A DNA stretch of 64,000 bases from the human T2T-CHM13v2.0 reference genome, Homo sapiens: the NCBI RefSeq assembly GCF_009914755.1, contig NC_060937.1; one strand, given 5' to 3'. A program made the position numbers and the translations under genes. This document shows positions 41,779 to 54,279 of this stretch, piece after piece. The notes under the pieces are model-generated. The model searched no databases. It was given only the letters and a program-made list of their open reading frames with translations, and was not told the origin of the DNA. Numbering within the stretch: position 1 is the stretch's first letter; each line of letters starts with the position of its first letter.

Positions 41779-42659
41779 CTGGTACAACACAGAAATGGAA
41801 AACTTATCAAAGGCTGATCCATGCCTTCTAATGGTTCACACTCTACTGGTAAAAACAAATGTTTAAACATACACCTGCTCTCCAATAAGGTAATTGCAGT
41901 AGTGCAAACAAGAACAATCCTGCAGGAGGGGAGGCAAGGAACTCTTAGTGGACACTAGGGAAAGCTTCCTAACAGAAGCACTTGTTTGCACTTGGTCTGG
42001 GAAAATCAGTGCAGGATGCCAGAGGAGAGGGATATAGAGGAGCTTTGGCGAAATTGGAAAAGTTGGAGGCCATGAAGGGGAGAAATGCTGTATCCAGCTC
42101 TGACTTTGCAAAAAGACTGTCCAGTGAGAGAAACTGCCTCCCATCATCATCAATAGATATTGACCAAATCTACTTTTGGTGTTGACCTGAAGGTCACAGA
42201 GTGATTGCAAAGGCCTCTGCTTGCTATGGGGAAATGAATGCAGAAAGAAATAGGCATCAATTTAACATTCCTTGGAGAGTCCTTGTAAAATAGCAGCGTA
42301 CCAAAAATACCCACCAAAGCCACGCTGTGTCACAGGGAGACCAGCACAATATGAGTTCACTTGAGAGTGGACACAGTTATCTGGGCTATAGATCAAATTT
42401 ATGATAAGGCTGAGTTGTATTTTTATGTGCTGAATGTAGAGTACATGAGACCCTTCTGGAAACTGCCTGTTATTGTATATAGAACTTGAAGCATTATTTT
42501 ACCAGTTGAAATTACTCTCACTTTATAGCTGTTACTTTGCTTTTATGGAATACTATTGATCGTATCTATTCATCATTTACCACTGCGTCCTCGTTCAGCA
42601 AAGAAACCACCCTACCTCAATGTACCTGCTGAAAAATACATTCTGTGTTAGTAATGATA

Positions 42660-43130
42660 GAATAAACAGCTGACATGTATTAAGAACTCAGTGTGCCAGG
42701 CCTTTTGCTAAGTACTTCATATACATGATCTCATTCTATCTTAAACATAGGAGGTTGTAGTTGATCACCATTTTACACATGAGCAAACAGACAGAGACAG
42801 GATAAGAAATTGTCCAGGATCACACAACTAGCTAGGAGTAGACTATCATCATCTATTCATTCATTCCTTTAAATAAATGTACTGAGTATTGTAAATTTCA
42901 TCAGAACATGTGAGTTGTACATAACATTAACTTTCCCCTAAGGAGTTTAGGATATAGCAGGTGAAGTAAAACTTAGAAGAGTGAGGTGTGTGACGAATGA
43001 TGTGAGCACTTTATGCTTATAGAGAAGTGAGGACTCAATTCTGCAAAGGCAAATAACAACTGAGCTAGGTTTTGAAGGGGGTAAAATTGTTAGAATAAGC
43101 TGTGAGAAAGTTCTTCCAAGCAGAAATATT
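42660..43130 (-). mobile_element. MIR (about 42660-42840) followed by an L2 3' end (about 42850-43130)
   Basis: ccattttacacatgagcaaacag...ggatcacacaactag; attcattcattcc...tactgag. Confidence 0.65.
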
Positions 43131-43928
43131 TCTTAAGTCAAGCTCCTCTAAAACAAGAATAATAAAACCAGCACATCTGGTATAACCTATTTTATTATTA
43201 TTTTGTTAACAAAATATTAATGTCTTATTCACATATTTAACTGTAAGCCCAAGTCACAATCCTGTTCTTCTCAGAGGTGGCAGTTGAACCTGATGGTAAA
43301 AATCTGGCAGGAACAGCCTCTAGTCACCGGGGACACAGGTTTCAGAAGTCCTAAACAGATTTAGCAAAACTCTATCCTTATGACTTAGTTATGGTCATTA
43401 ACGAGACTCACTGTGGATTGTCTTTTCAATGGGAAGGTCCTGCCTGAAGCAGAAATGTGCTGAGTTTGAGTCTGAACTCTGCCTTTGAAAAGCAGGCAGG
43501 AGTATCCATGTATGACACATGAAAGATCTGCTTTATGAAAGTTATATAAACATAATTTCAGGCCCCATCCATGGTCAGTTAGTGCACTTAGGGCCACATA
43601 TTCTCATTGGAAGTGTCCTTGTCACACTTGTGGTTTGACAGGGAGACCAGCTTATTCCCTCTGCATCCAGGAGGGCCTGGGCAAGGGAACTCTGGGGGCT
43701 CTTCACCTTCCTGGTTTGGGGTGAGAGGAAGAAGAAATGAGAATGAGTCTCTAGCTTCCTGTCACTCACAATCAAGAGCTGAATTCTTCCACCATTTTGA
43801 TGTTTGCAGCAGAAAGAGAGAGGAGAGGGAAATAAGTAGAGGGTAAGAAGGACAGATACAAGGATGGGAGAAATCAAATGGTCCCCCAGAGGGACCAGAG
43901 AGACACATCCCTCTCTACTCCTCCTCAC

Positions 43929-44059
43929 CACTGTGGTCCCAGAGAGTGGGGGTGAAGGCTTGGTGGGGTTCCCCCGCATTTCTGAGAGGTCTTGACTCCC
44001 ATGCATTTCTGAAAGGTCTTCAATGGTGTCTTTAGCATCACTAAAGCACTCCATACCCA
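43929..44059 (-). other. Candidate exon A of a putative minus-strand transcript (131 nt)
   Basis: Acceptor CCTCCCCCCTTTAATCCAAAG|TG, ATG at 44054 in GGTATGG context, donor GTG|GTGAGG at 43928. Inference only. Confidence 0.3.
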
Positions 44060-45319
44060 CTTTGGATTAAAGGGGGGAGGATTTATGTCTCCACAGTACC
44101 CCATGGGGGACACCAAAGATGGGTATTTTAAAATTCTTCTCACAAATAAGGATAATCCAGCACAGAAAGGAATAGAAATGCAGCCAAGATCAGACAGTTT
44201 GTCAAATCAGATCTGTGACATTTCTAACTCTGTTGAAGGATGTCATCAATTCTCATAACAAAATTCATACCAATTTGCTCTATTTGGCAAGTTATAACGT
44301 TCATCTGGAATTAGGGAGGGATGAAGGGTAGGAGTGGAGCGGAGGGAAGAAAGGATGAAGCTGAGTCCCGCCATCGTCAGAAGAAACAAATGAGGATGAA
44401 GCATCAGGAACACGCAGTGAAATGAGTCCCTGGTTCCACACATGGACTTCACTCTTGCACAGAGGCCCTTTGCGCAGGTCAGCACTTGCCACAGAGCCCC
44501 TCAAGCCATGAGTTTGCCCAGCTTTTCCTCATCTAAATACAATCACTTTGGGAATCTGAGCATTTGATTTGCTATAACCAATATAGGGTCTTCGAAGCAG
44601 CTGTCCTGCCCAACTGGATTTTTGTCTGTTCACTTAATTACACTGTCTGAGATCCCTCCTGCAATGCATCACCTCTAGACAGCAGAAAGATGGCACTGTA
44701 GGTGAGACAGGCCTGTTAAATTGCAAATGTCTCCCAGGCATTTGGCAGCTCACTCCCACCACAGATCTCTAGCAGGGCCCCGGAACCAGCATGATCTAAA
44801 CAGCTGAAGCAGAAATAACCAAAGAAGATTCACCAAATGGAGAATGAGTCCAGGATGAAAGATTTAAATGCTGAGGAAAAGTGTGTGATGAAGGAACAGA
44901 GACATATGCATTAATAGAAGCTGTTCTTATAATGACTAAAATTATATATTTGCAATACCTTTGCTGAAGTCATGCCTGATACTAATGTTTGTAGTCTTCC
45001 ACTCCTGATCCATCCCAATGATCTGCAGGGTCATCATAGCATTAGCCTAAGTAGACCAGTGACAAAACCAATGTCCAGAGGAGAAAGACCAACCCACATT
45101 CTAGAAAGACAGTGATTGGCCCCAACCCATTGTTGGCTTCCAGAGGATTCCAGATGTCCCATGGAGTAGGACGGGGGGGAAAACCACCTCTACGAGAGAG
45201 AGGAGCTTTTACCTCCAGCCATTTCCAGTCCTTTGTTTTGCATCTTTATCACAGAAAAATTCTAAAATAATAAATTAAAAGAGAGAATGTATGCATACCT
45301 CACTGGAATTAGCTACCCT

Positions 45320-45545
45320 TTTATTCACTGAGTGTCAACTATATGCCAAGCATTGTGCTAAATGCTTTATATTTTCTTATGAATCCTCAGAACAACCCAG
45401 TGTGATAGGTTTTAGTTACTTATTTTATCGATGAGAGAAGAGAGACTTGGTGAGATTAAGTAAGATATCCAATAGTATATAGCTAATTACTAGCTGGCTC
45501 AAGTTTCAGACCCAGATCTGTCGGATTGCAAAAACCATCCTTTAA
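45320..45545 (-). mobile_element. MIR
   Basis: tatatgccaagcattgtgctaaatgcttta...aatcctcagaacaaccc...ttcagacccagatctgtc. Confidence 0.75.
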
Positions 45546-45579
45546 ATCATGACGCGGTCCTGTCTGCCCACCACTTGGT

Positions 45580-46010
45580 TTGATGTAGTTCTTAGCTGTA
45601 AACAACAGAATCCAGTCTCCTGGTTGAATGTAGAAAGAAATTTGTGAAAGTGTGCCAGACAGATCCCAGAGTCTGCGAAGGGGCAGAGACCAAGCTTGAA
45701 TGCCACACTGCAGGAATAAGGAAGGAAGGAGACCAAACTGCTCTTTGGAATGTTTCTAGCAGACAAGCCACTGCTGCTGTGACACTGGTGCTGATTATGC
45801 CTGGAACTAGGCATCAGATTCTCCACTAAAACTGCCCCAGAAAAGCCAGAAGCCTCTGCCACCACATTTACCAGGAGGTCAGCCTCCCTACATTGCCCAC
45901 CATTGTTCAGTTTCCATTCCTGTCTTGCATGTGTGCTTCTGACTAAATCACATGGCTGTATCCAGTTTCAAGGGATTCTGGGAGATGTAGTTTGGGAGTG
46001 TTTATCTTAG
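45580..46010 (-). mobile_element. Old MLT1-type LTR fragment
   Basis: gttcttagctgtaaacaacagaatcca...tcacatggctgtatccagtttcaaggga...tgggagatgtag. Confidence 0.45.
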
Positions 46011-47339
46011 GAAGATGAGACTTGCAATACAGAAGCCATGAAAGAAAAAGGAGAGGTTAAACAGATTTTGATCCACTAAAAATAGTAAGATCAAGCATTT
46101 CTTGAGGGGTTACTATGCACAGAACATGGAACTAGACTCAAGGATTCCACGTATGAGGAAATATGATCTGAGACCTGGTCCTTGGAGGTGTGGAATCTGA
46201 CTGTGTAAAGTAAGTGGTTACCCACCCAAGGCAGCCCTTATGAGGGCCAAGTAAGCAGTCAGAGAAGACATGAGACTGCAGTTCAGAGCCATGTGCCACC
46301 TCAGTGAGCTGGGGCATCAGATGTGATGGATGAAGACATGGGACCAGATGCTTTGTCCCTGAAAGGCACAGACGCCATCTACAAAGCAGAGGAGACATGG
46401 ATGGAGATGGTGGCCCTCCCCTAGCCTGGCTCAGGGTGTGTGGGGTCAGAAAGAAGGATCGCAACCCCAGGGCAGGGTCTATGGTTCCACTCCAGCCACA
46501 TGGTAGAGGGCCCGAGTGTGCAGGAACGTACTTACCACGGAGTGGTGTTTCTGTAGGGATCAGCGAGGGGAGAGGGAGGCTGTGGGATGGGAAGAGAACA
46601 CACACAGAGTCATGACCATGAGCATGGGGGAGAGGACAGGTGCCCAAAGTAGCCTGTGTTTCAGACAGCGGTATAAGGAGGACAGGTTGTAAGACTATGC
46701 CAGGCCGAATTACGAATTATAAACAAGACCCCTCTAGCTGTTTAAGCAGCAAGGATTTGTTAAAAAAAAAAAAAAAAGGAGTTAGCTTTTGAATCCCTGG
46801 AAGAGCCAAACAGTCAGTTTGGGGTCTGTGCAGGACCCATGCCCAGAACCCGAGCCTCTGTTGCTGTTACTGCTGCTGCAAGACAACCTTGCAGCCCAGA
46901 AAGTGGAGTCTGGAAGGTGCTGTGGTCCTTCCTCCCATTGCTCTGTATAGGAACACTTCTTTGTGGGTGCCTTTGTCAAAGCCTGTGTTCCAGCTCCCAG
47001 GGAAGACTGACCAAGTGAGTTCTGCCTTCTCCCATGAGGAAGCAAAACAAATAATTGCGGGAAAAGGTTGTTCAAGGATCCAGGTACCCACTTTCATAAT
47101 AAATGTCCTCCATAGAGGAACGGTGTGAGATGGCTCTTGTGCCTGCCTAGGGAACAGTGACATTGGACTTGGCTTCGTATACCCTGACCAGGAAGCGGCA
47201 CCTCCTACAGCCATGGAGAGCCTCCAGAGTCCCAGACACCCAGGTGGGGGGCTTCTGGGTAATTGGACCTGGAGGAAAACTGATCTCTGAAAATATGAAA
47301 AGTTCACTCATCCTGAGGTATGAAAATGACTGACAATGC

Positions 47340-47615
47340 CACGGTGGCTCATGCCTGTAATCCCAGGCTGAGGCGGGCGGATCACCTGAGGTCAGGAGTT
47401 TGAGAGCAGCCTGGCCAACGTGGTGAAACCCCATCTCTACTAAAAATACAAAAATTAGCCAGGAGTGGTGGCGCATGTCTGTAATCCTAGCTACTCAGGA
47501 GGCAGAGACACGAGAATCACTTGAACCCAGGAGGTGGAGGTCACATTGAGCCGAGATTGTGCCACTGCACTCCAGCCAGGGCAACAGAGTGAGACTCCAT
47601 CTCAAAAAAAAAAAA
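47340..47615 (+). mobile_element. AluS
   Basis: TSD aaaatgac(t/c)g(a/g)caatgc; small deletion after aatcccag. Confidence 0.9.
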
Positions 47616-48321
47616 TGACCGGCAATGCTTATAGTGCTTATAGGCTACCTTCCCAGAGGTACTGCAGTTTAACAGAAAACAATGCTTTAAGTAAAAGGGA
47701 TAAGTTACTACTAATTGGCCCATTTTTGGTATCAGGCACCCAGTGGAACAAATATTTGCTAGTTGGTGGGAGGAGAATCTGTGGCGAACACTTCAGATTG
47801 TCGGCCCAACACCCGGTCTTCCTTGCTTCACTATTGACAGTATTCCAATTTGGTGGGAGGGGAACAGCAATGTACTGTTTAAAAATAGTCACTCCCTTGC
47901 AGCCCAGGTGGTCAGGTGACCCAGTTCTGGCTTTTGGGGTATAAGCAAAAGTCTAATGGGAGGGATTTCTATGGAAGCTATTATTTTGTTGATGAAAAGG
48001 GGCAGACTCAACTAGCCCGTTACTTTTCTTAATAGACTTTTTAGAGCAGTTTTAGATTCATAGCAAAATTGAGCAGAAGGTACAGAGACTTCCATTATAT
48101 CCCCTGTCCCCACACACATACAACCTCTCCCACTATCAGCATCCCCTACCACAGTGGAACATCTGTCACAGTCAACGAACCCTACATGGACATGTCATTA
48201 TCACCCAGATTCCACAGTGTTTACATTAGGATTCACTCACAGTGTTGTCTTTTCCACGGGCTTGGACAAGTGTGTGACACATACACACCACCGTAGTACC
48301 TTACAGAAGAGTTTCACTGCC

Positions 48322-48733
48322 TATGTCAGTCAGTGAAAGCTGACTAAATTACCCTTGAAGCTGGGTAATTTATAAAGAAAAGAGGTTTACTTTGGCTCAC
48401 AGTTCTGCAGGCTGTACAGGAGGCACGGAGCTGGCCTCTGCTTCTGGTGAGGGCCTCAGGAAACTTCCACTCATGATGGACAGTGAAAGGGAGCGAGGGA
48501 GTTAACACGGTGAGAACGAGTGAGAGGGAGAGAAGGGGGAAGTCCCAGACTCTTTTAAACAACTAGATCTCTGTGAACTGAGCAAGAACTCACTTATCAA
48601 CAAGTGGCTGCTGCTAACCATTCATAAGGGATGCACCCCCATGATCCAATCAACTCCCGCCAGGCCTCACCTCCAACATTGGGAATCACATTCCAACCTG
48701 AGATTTAGAAGGCACAGACATCCAACCACATCA
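48322..48733 (-). mobile_element. MSTA-type MaLR solo LTR
   Basis: ggtaatttataaagaaaagaggttt...ggctcacagttctgcaggctgtacagg...ccaaccacatca; 5-bp TSD ctgcc at 48317-48321 and 48734-48738. Confidence 0.9.
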
Positions 48734-49039
48734 CTGCCCGAAAAATCCTCTGTGTTCTGCCTATTCATCCATCCCTCTCTCCCGTAACTCCTTGTAACCA
48801 CTGATGTTTCTACTGACTCCACAGTTACTCCTTTTTCAGAATGTCATCATATAGTTGGAATCATAGCCTTTTCAGATTGGCTTCTTTCACATAGCAATAT
48901 GCACTTGTTTCCTTCACCTTTTCACGGCTTAACATCTCATTCCTTTTTAGCACTGAATGATATTCCACAGTCTGGTTGTACCACAGTTTATCCATTTACT
49001 TACTGAGAGACATCTCGGTTGCTTCCAAGTTTTGGTGAT

Positions 49040-49394
49040 TCTATTAGTCTGTTCTCACGCTGCTGATAAAGACATACCCAAAACTGGGTAATACATAAAG
49101 GAAAGGAGTTTAATGCACTTACAGTTCCACATGGCCAGGGAAGCCTCATAATCATCGCAGTAGGCAAAGAAGGAGCAAAGTCACATCTTAATGGCAGCAG
49201 GCAAGAGAGCTTGTGCAGGGGAACTGCACTTTATAAAACCATCAGATCCCGTGAGAATTATTCGCTACCACGAGAACAGTGTGGGGGAAATTGCCCTCAT
49301 GATTCAATTATCTCCACCTGGCCCCACCCTTAACATGTGGGGATTATTACAATTCAAGGTGAGCTTTGGGTGGAGACACAGCCAAACTATATCA
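49040..49394 (-). mobile_element. THE1 (B/C-type) MaLR solo LTR, 355 bp
   Basis: tattagtctgttctcacgctgctgataaagacatacc...acacagccaaactatatca; TSD gtgat/gcaat; DUX4 motif at 49300-49310. Confidence 0.92.
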
Positions 49395-50834
49395 GCAATT
49401 ATGAATTAAGCTGCTATAAATATCTGTGGCTGGTGTCTGTGTGGACGGAAGTCTTCATCTCATAGGGTAAGCACCAAGAAGTGTGATTGCTGGATCGTGG
49501 CCCATCATTTTGCACTTTGCCTATTGCCCTTCTTCCTGCCTGTAACTCAGGGGCAATGCCCAGAGGAGGAGAAGCCATCCTGCCACCCCAGGCAGAGGCA
49601 CCCCACGCTAAGGAAGGAGGAGCTGGAAGCCAGAGAGGCCTGGTCCACGGTGGCTTCCTTGAGCAGCTACACCAGCCCGTAAACTGTCTGCATCAGACTT
49701 TATGTTACACTCAAAAACCAGATCCCTTTTGGGTTATGCTACTGTGATTTGGTTTTTGTTTCATCCAAGCTTGGTCCTAACTGGTATGGAAACCATCTTG
49801 ATGTTCCTAAAATCGCTTCAGATTGGCACCTTGTGGGCAACAGGCTTGGTTCTTAAAATATTGTCAGCCTAGGAATGACTGTGGGGGTACCCCCTTTTTT
49901 AAATTCTCGATTTGAATTCATCTGAATCTTGAATATTTTGTCTTTCATTTAAAGTAGACATCCCCCTTCCCCAAGTGAATCTCAAAGAAAAGGGAAAATG
50001 CGTTGCCAGTGTTTGAGAGCTAGACCCCTTCCTTCCTCATTAAATCCCCAGTTGGGAATGTAAAAGCACCATCTGCATTTCAGTACCTGCTGGGCAGAAG
50101 ATGTGCATTCCGAGCAGGGAATCCATTTGCTTTTATGAGAGAGGTTTTTTTTTTTTCTCCTTCCTGTGAAAGTCCTATTATAAAAACAATTAGTCTCCTT
50201 GAAGGATTTTGTTCTGCAAAAGAACTAATTCTCTGCACAGCTGCTCATCCTTAGAAATGGCCTAAGTACCAGAGGGAGGGGGCTCCTGCCACTTCTACAG
50301 AATCTGCTTCCAAAGCCAGCACCAGCTCTGCCGAAGCAGAAGCCCTTGGGTCCCCCTACACCTCCAGAGTGTTAAGAGCTGTCAGCCACCATGTGTTAAT
50401 CTGCCCTCCCTGCCAGGCCATTTGGAGGACCCTCAGGAGCCTGGGGAGGCAGGAGACAGACAAGGCCTTTAACCCATCAGCAGCTGCTCTGTGGTCAAGA
50501 GGTCACAGTGGCTCAAATCCAAAGGTGAGAAAGGGCTCAAGGATCATGTTGGGAAACAATTCTTTGGGACCCCCAATACTTCATAGTGTGTTCAGCAGCA
50601 GCAGCTCTTGATTAAAAAGGGCCCTTTTCAACCTCTTTAGTTTCATAGAGGTATGCAGTTTGATTGAGGAGGTTTGATTTAGGAAAGATAGACATGAAAC
50701 AGATTATTTTCCCAGTATACCATTATGCTTTGCCACATTCAACTTTTCTGCTGGGTACCAGGCTTCCTTAAGAACACTTCAGCCCCATTTAATAGCTTTT
50801 CAATAATTTTCTGTTATTTAGATAGTAAATAACT

Positions 50835-51129
50835 GGCTGGGCACAGTGGCTCATTCCTGTAATCTCAACAATTTAGGAGGCCAAGGTGGGAGGACCACTT
50901 GAGCCCAAGAATTCACAACCAGCCTGGGCAACATAGCAAGACCCTGTGTCTCTACAAAAAGAATACTAAAAATAAAAAGAATTAATTGGGTGTGGTGGTA
51001 TGTGCCTGTAGTCCCAGCTACTCAGGAGGCTGAGACAGGAGGATCACTTGAGATCAGGAGGTTGAGGCTGCAGGGAGCTGTGATTGTATAACTGCACTCC
51101 AGCCTGGGCAGTGCAGTGAGACCCTATCT

Positions 51130-51160
<31 letters not shown>

Positions 51161-51168
51161 GAGAGAGA
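50835..51168 (+). mobile_element. AluJ with A-tail and (GA)n
   Basis: Dimeric J-type Alu read directly. Confidence 0.9.
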
Positions 51169-51484
51169 TTAAGTCTTAGTCTTGTCCATTTTTAAATCTC
51201 AATCCTATTTGACTCACATGATTCCCCACCACCCATCTCAACTTAGGGATGGCAAGTGGAAAAAGCACCAATTGGTATATTTTGCTGATTCTTGTGGTTA
51301 AATCTTCCCCATATGGTGGGTTTCCAAAGGTGATGTCATTCAACACAGAGTTGGGAAGGACGAGATGGGCACAATGAGCTCCTGCCAGCTAATAACACCA
51401 GAAGAGCACTGTGTGGAGGGCATGGAGGGACATGGCCTCCCTTGCCCTTCCCTGGGCCTGCTCTTCTGGTGTTGGGGCAGGGAG

Positions 51485-52037
51485 TGTCAGAGGCATGTGA
51501 GCCAGAGCAACTCCATCTTGAAGAGGAGCTGGGTAAAATGAGGCTGAAACCTACTGGGCTGCATTCCCAGATGGTTAAGGCATTCTAAGTCACAGGATGA
51601 GACAGGAGGATGGCACAAAATACAGGTCATAAATACCTTGCTGATAAAACAGGTTGCAGTAAAGAATCCAGCTAAAACCCACCAAGACCAAGATGGGCAC
51701 AAGAGTGACCTCTGGTCATCCTCACTACTACACCCCCACCAGCACCATGACAGTTTACAAATGCCATGGCAACATCCGGAAGTTACCCTATATGGTCTAA
51801 AAAGGGGAGGCATGAATAATCCACCCCTTGTTTAACATATCACCAAGAAATAACCATAAAAATGGCAAATCAGCAGGCCTCAGGTCTGCTCTGCCTATGA
51901 AGGAGCCATTCTTTATTCTTTTACTTTCTTAAAAAACTTGCTTTCACTTGACTCTGTGGACCCGCCCTGAATTATTTCTTGCGTGAGATCTAAGAACCCT
52001 CTCTTGGGGTCTGGATCAAGACCCCTTTCCTGTAACA
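51485..52037 (+). mobile_element. MER41A ERV1 solo LTR
   Basis: tgtcagaggc...gagcaactccatcttg...gacccctttcctgtaaca, 553 bp, 4-bp TSD ggag on both sides. Confidence 0.9.
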
Positions 52038-53288
52038 GGAGGACAATAAGAAGGCCAAAGACATTTCCAGACTGAGCAATTACATGATAGTGGGACTGCT
52101 GATGCCAGCAGTTCCAAGCCACCACCCTTTGATTCAGCCAGTGTCACCTTAGCTCATTAGCGATTGTGCAATTATTTGACCTGTTATTGCATTCTGCCTT
52201 TATTTAAAAGAAAAGAAAACTACTGGAAAGTAATAATTAAAAGGTCTTCTATGGAAGATCATTTCCACAGAATGATCTTCCAAATGATCTTCACCAATAT
52301 TGATGCTGGGGGCTTTTTCTTGGCCATCATTCAGCCATTTTTTTTTCCTCTGCTCCCCAGTGATAACGTCCCTCTCCCTGAGCAATGTGTGTGCTTCTTA
52401 CCCACTGGGTGGGGAGGCAAGCGACGGGGCAGGGAGTAATGCTTCAAAGACATTCTTATGGATCTGTGGCCATAGGAAGCACAGGCATCGTAAGTTTCAT
52501 GTGCTTGGAAGATGTGACATGCCAAAACTGGCGAGTGAAGATTCACTTCAAATCAGATGCCTTAAACACTTAATCAGATACACAGCAAGGCTGTGTATTT
52601 TGTCAATGTTTATTATTGATATAAACTCTTAAGGGAAGGGATGTATACTTCTTTAAGATAATGTAATGACTCGCTGTCTCTGCTCAGCCCTAGGCCAGCT
52701 TAATGAGGAAATACTAGGAACATTCCCATGTGGGTCAGAAACAAAATGTCAAGACTGTCTACCTCCGCCCCCTTCAATTATTTAACATCATTCTTGGGTA
52801 CTAGCCAATGCAATCAGTAGAAGGAAACTGAAGAATAAAAATTGAACAAAAGAAGATACAATTATAATTCTTTGAATTATAAGATTGGTTCACATGAAAA
52901 AACTAAGAGAGCCAAGTGAAAAACTATTATAAACAAAAAGAATTCAGTAAGGGAGTTGGCTACTATTTTAATGTATAGAAATCAGTAGCCTTTATGTATA
53001 CAACCAACCAATAATTAGAAGGAAAAATAGAAGAAATGACCCTATTTACAATGGCAATAATAAAAAAATCCCTAGGAATAAGCTTAACCAAAAATTTACA
53101 AGATATGTTTAAATTACCACTTAAATCACCAACAATTCAAAGCATTTATCCTATGGGCACGTGCACATATGAGAAATTACACCTACATTGAAAACTTGTT
53201 TATAATAGGAAAATTCAAGACAGGAAAAAGGACTTGGAGAAAATGAAAAGCCTGCTATGTTCTTAGATAGGAAGTCTCTGCATCATAA

Positions 53289-53659
<371 letters not shown>

Positions 53660-54237
53660 TCCAATTGGAACTTTTTAAGTGAACAAGTTGATTCTAAAGT
53701 TTCTATGGAAAAACAAATAAGAATAGCCAGGAAAATAATGAAGTGGAACTGTCCCTACCGGGTATTTAAACATAAAGCTACTAAACAGTATGATTCTAAT
53801 ACATGAACAATAGACCAAAGACACTGAACTGAAATAAAATCAGATACATGGAGGAAAATATTATATAATAATAAAGATAGAATTTTAAATCAATGTGGAA
53901 AAGATAATGTTGGATTAACTGGGTGGTCATCTGAAAAAAAAAAATAGAGCCAAACATCATATCTTACACCAAAATAAACTACAAGTGGTACAAATATTTA
54001 AATGTAAAATTTAAAATGAAACCATAAAAGCAGAAGAAATCACAGGAGAATTATTTTTAACCCAGAGCAAGAAAGGCCCAAGTATGACACAAAAAACCTA
54101 AAACCAAGAATAAAAAGCAGATAAATTCTGTGATATAAAATTTAAGATTTTAGTATTTTCAAGACAAGAATCATCACAAGTAAAGTCAAATCCACATGAC
54201 AACTTTGGGAGAGGGGCAATAGGGGAGCACATGTGAT

Positions 54238-54279
54238 TCTTGATCTGCAGGCAAATGCTCTACCCCAAACTATACCCCT
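54238..54279 (-). pseudogene. tRNA-Cys(GCA) 5'-half tailless retropseudogene
   Basis: Minus strand AGGGGTATAGTTTGGGGTAGAGCATTTGCCTGCAGATCAAGA versus tRNA-Cys GGGGGTATAGCTCAGGGGTAGAGCATTTGACTGCAGATCAAGA; 15-bp TSD gagcacatgt(g/a)attc at 54225-54239 and 54286-54300. Confidence 0.85.

Larger units (their letters stand above)
48025..49497 (-). mobile_element. L1MC 3' end carrying nested MST and THE1 LTRs
   Basis: tttagagcagttttagattcatagcaaaattgagcagaaggtacagag; continuous across both LTR inserts. Confidence 0.85.
47850..49790 (+). mobile_element. LTR33-like ERVL LTR split by the L1MC insertion
   Basis: cccttgcagcccaggtggtcaggtgacccagttctggc (about 47850-48020) and cccttcttcctgcctg...gccatcctg...tcctaactg (about 49500-49790). 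Confidence 0.55.

Noticed and set aside
49131-49143. PRDM9 hotspot motif position in the THE1 LTR
   Set aside because: Minus strand reads CTTCCCTGGCCAT, mismatching CCNCCNTNNCCNC at two fixed positions.
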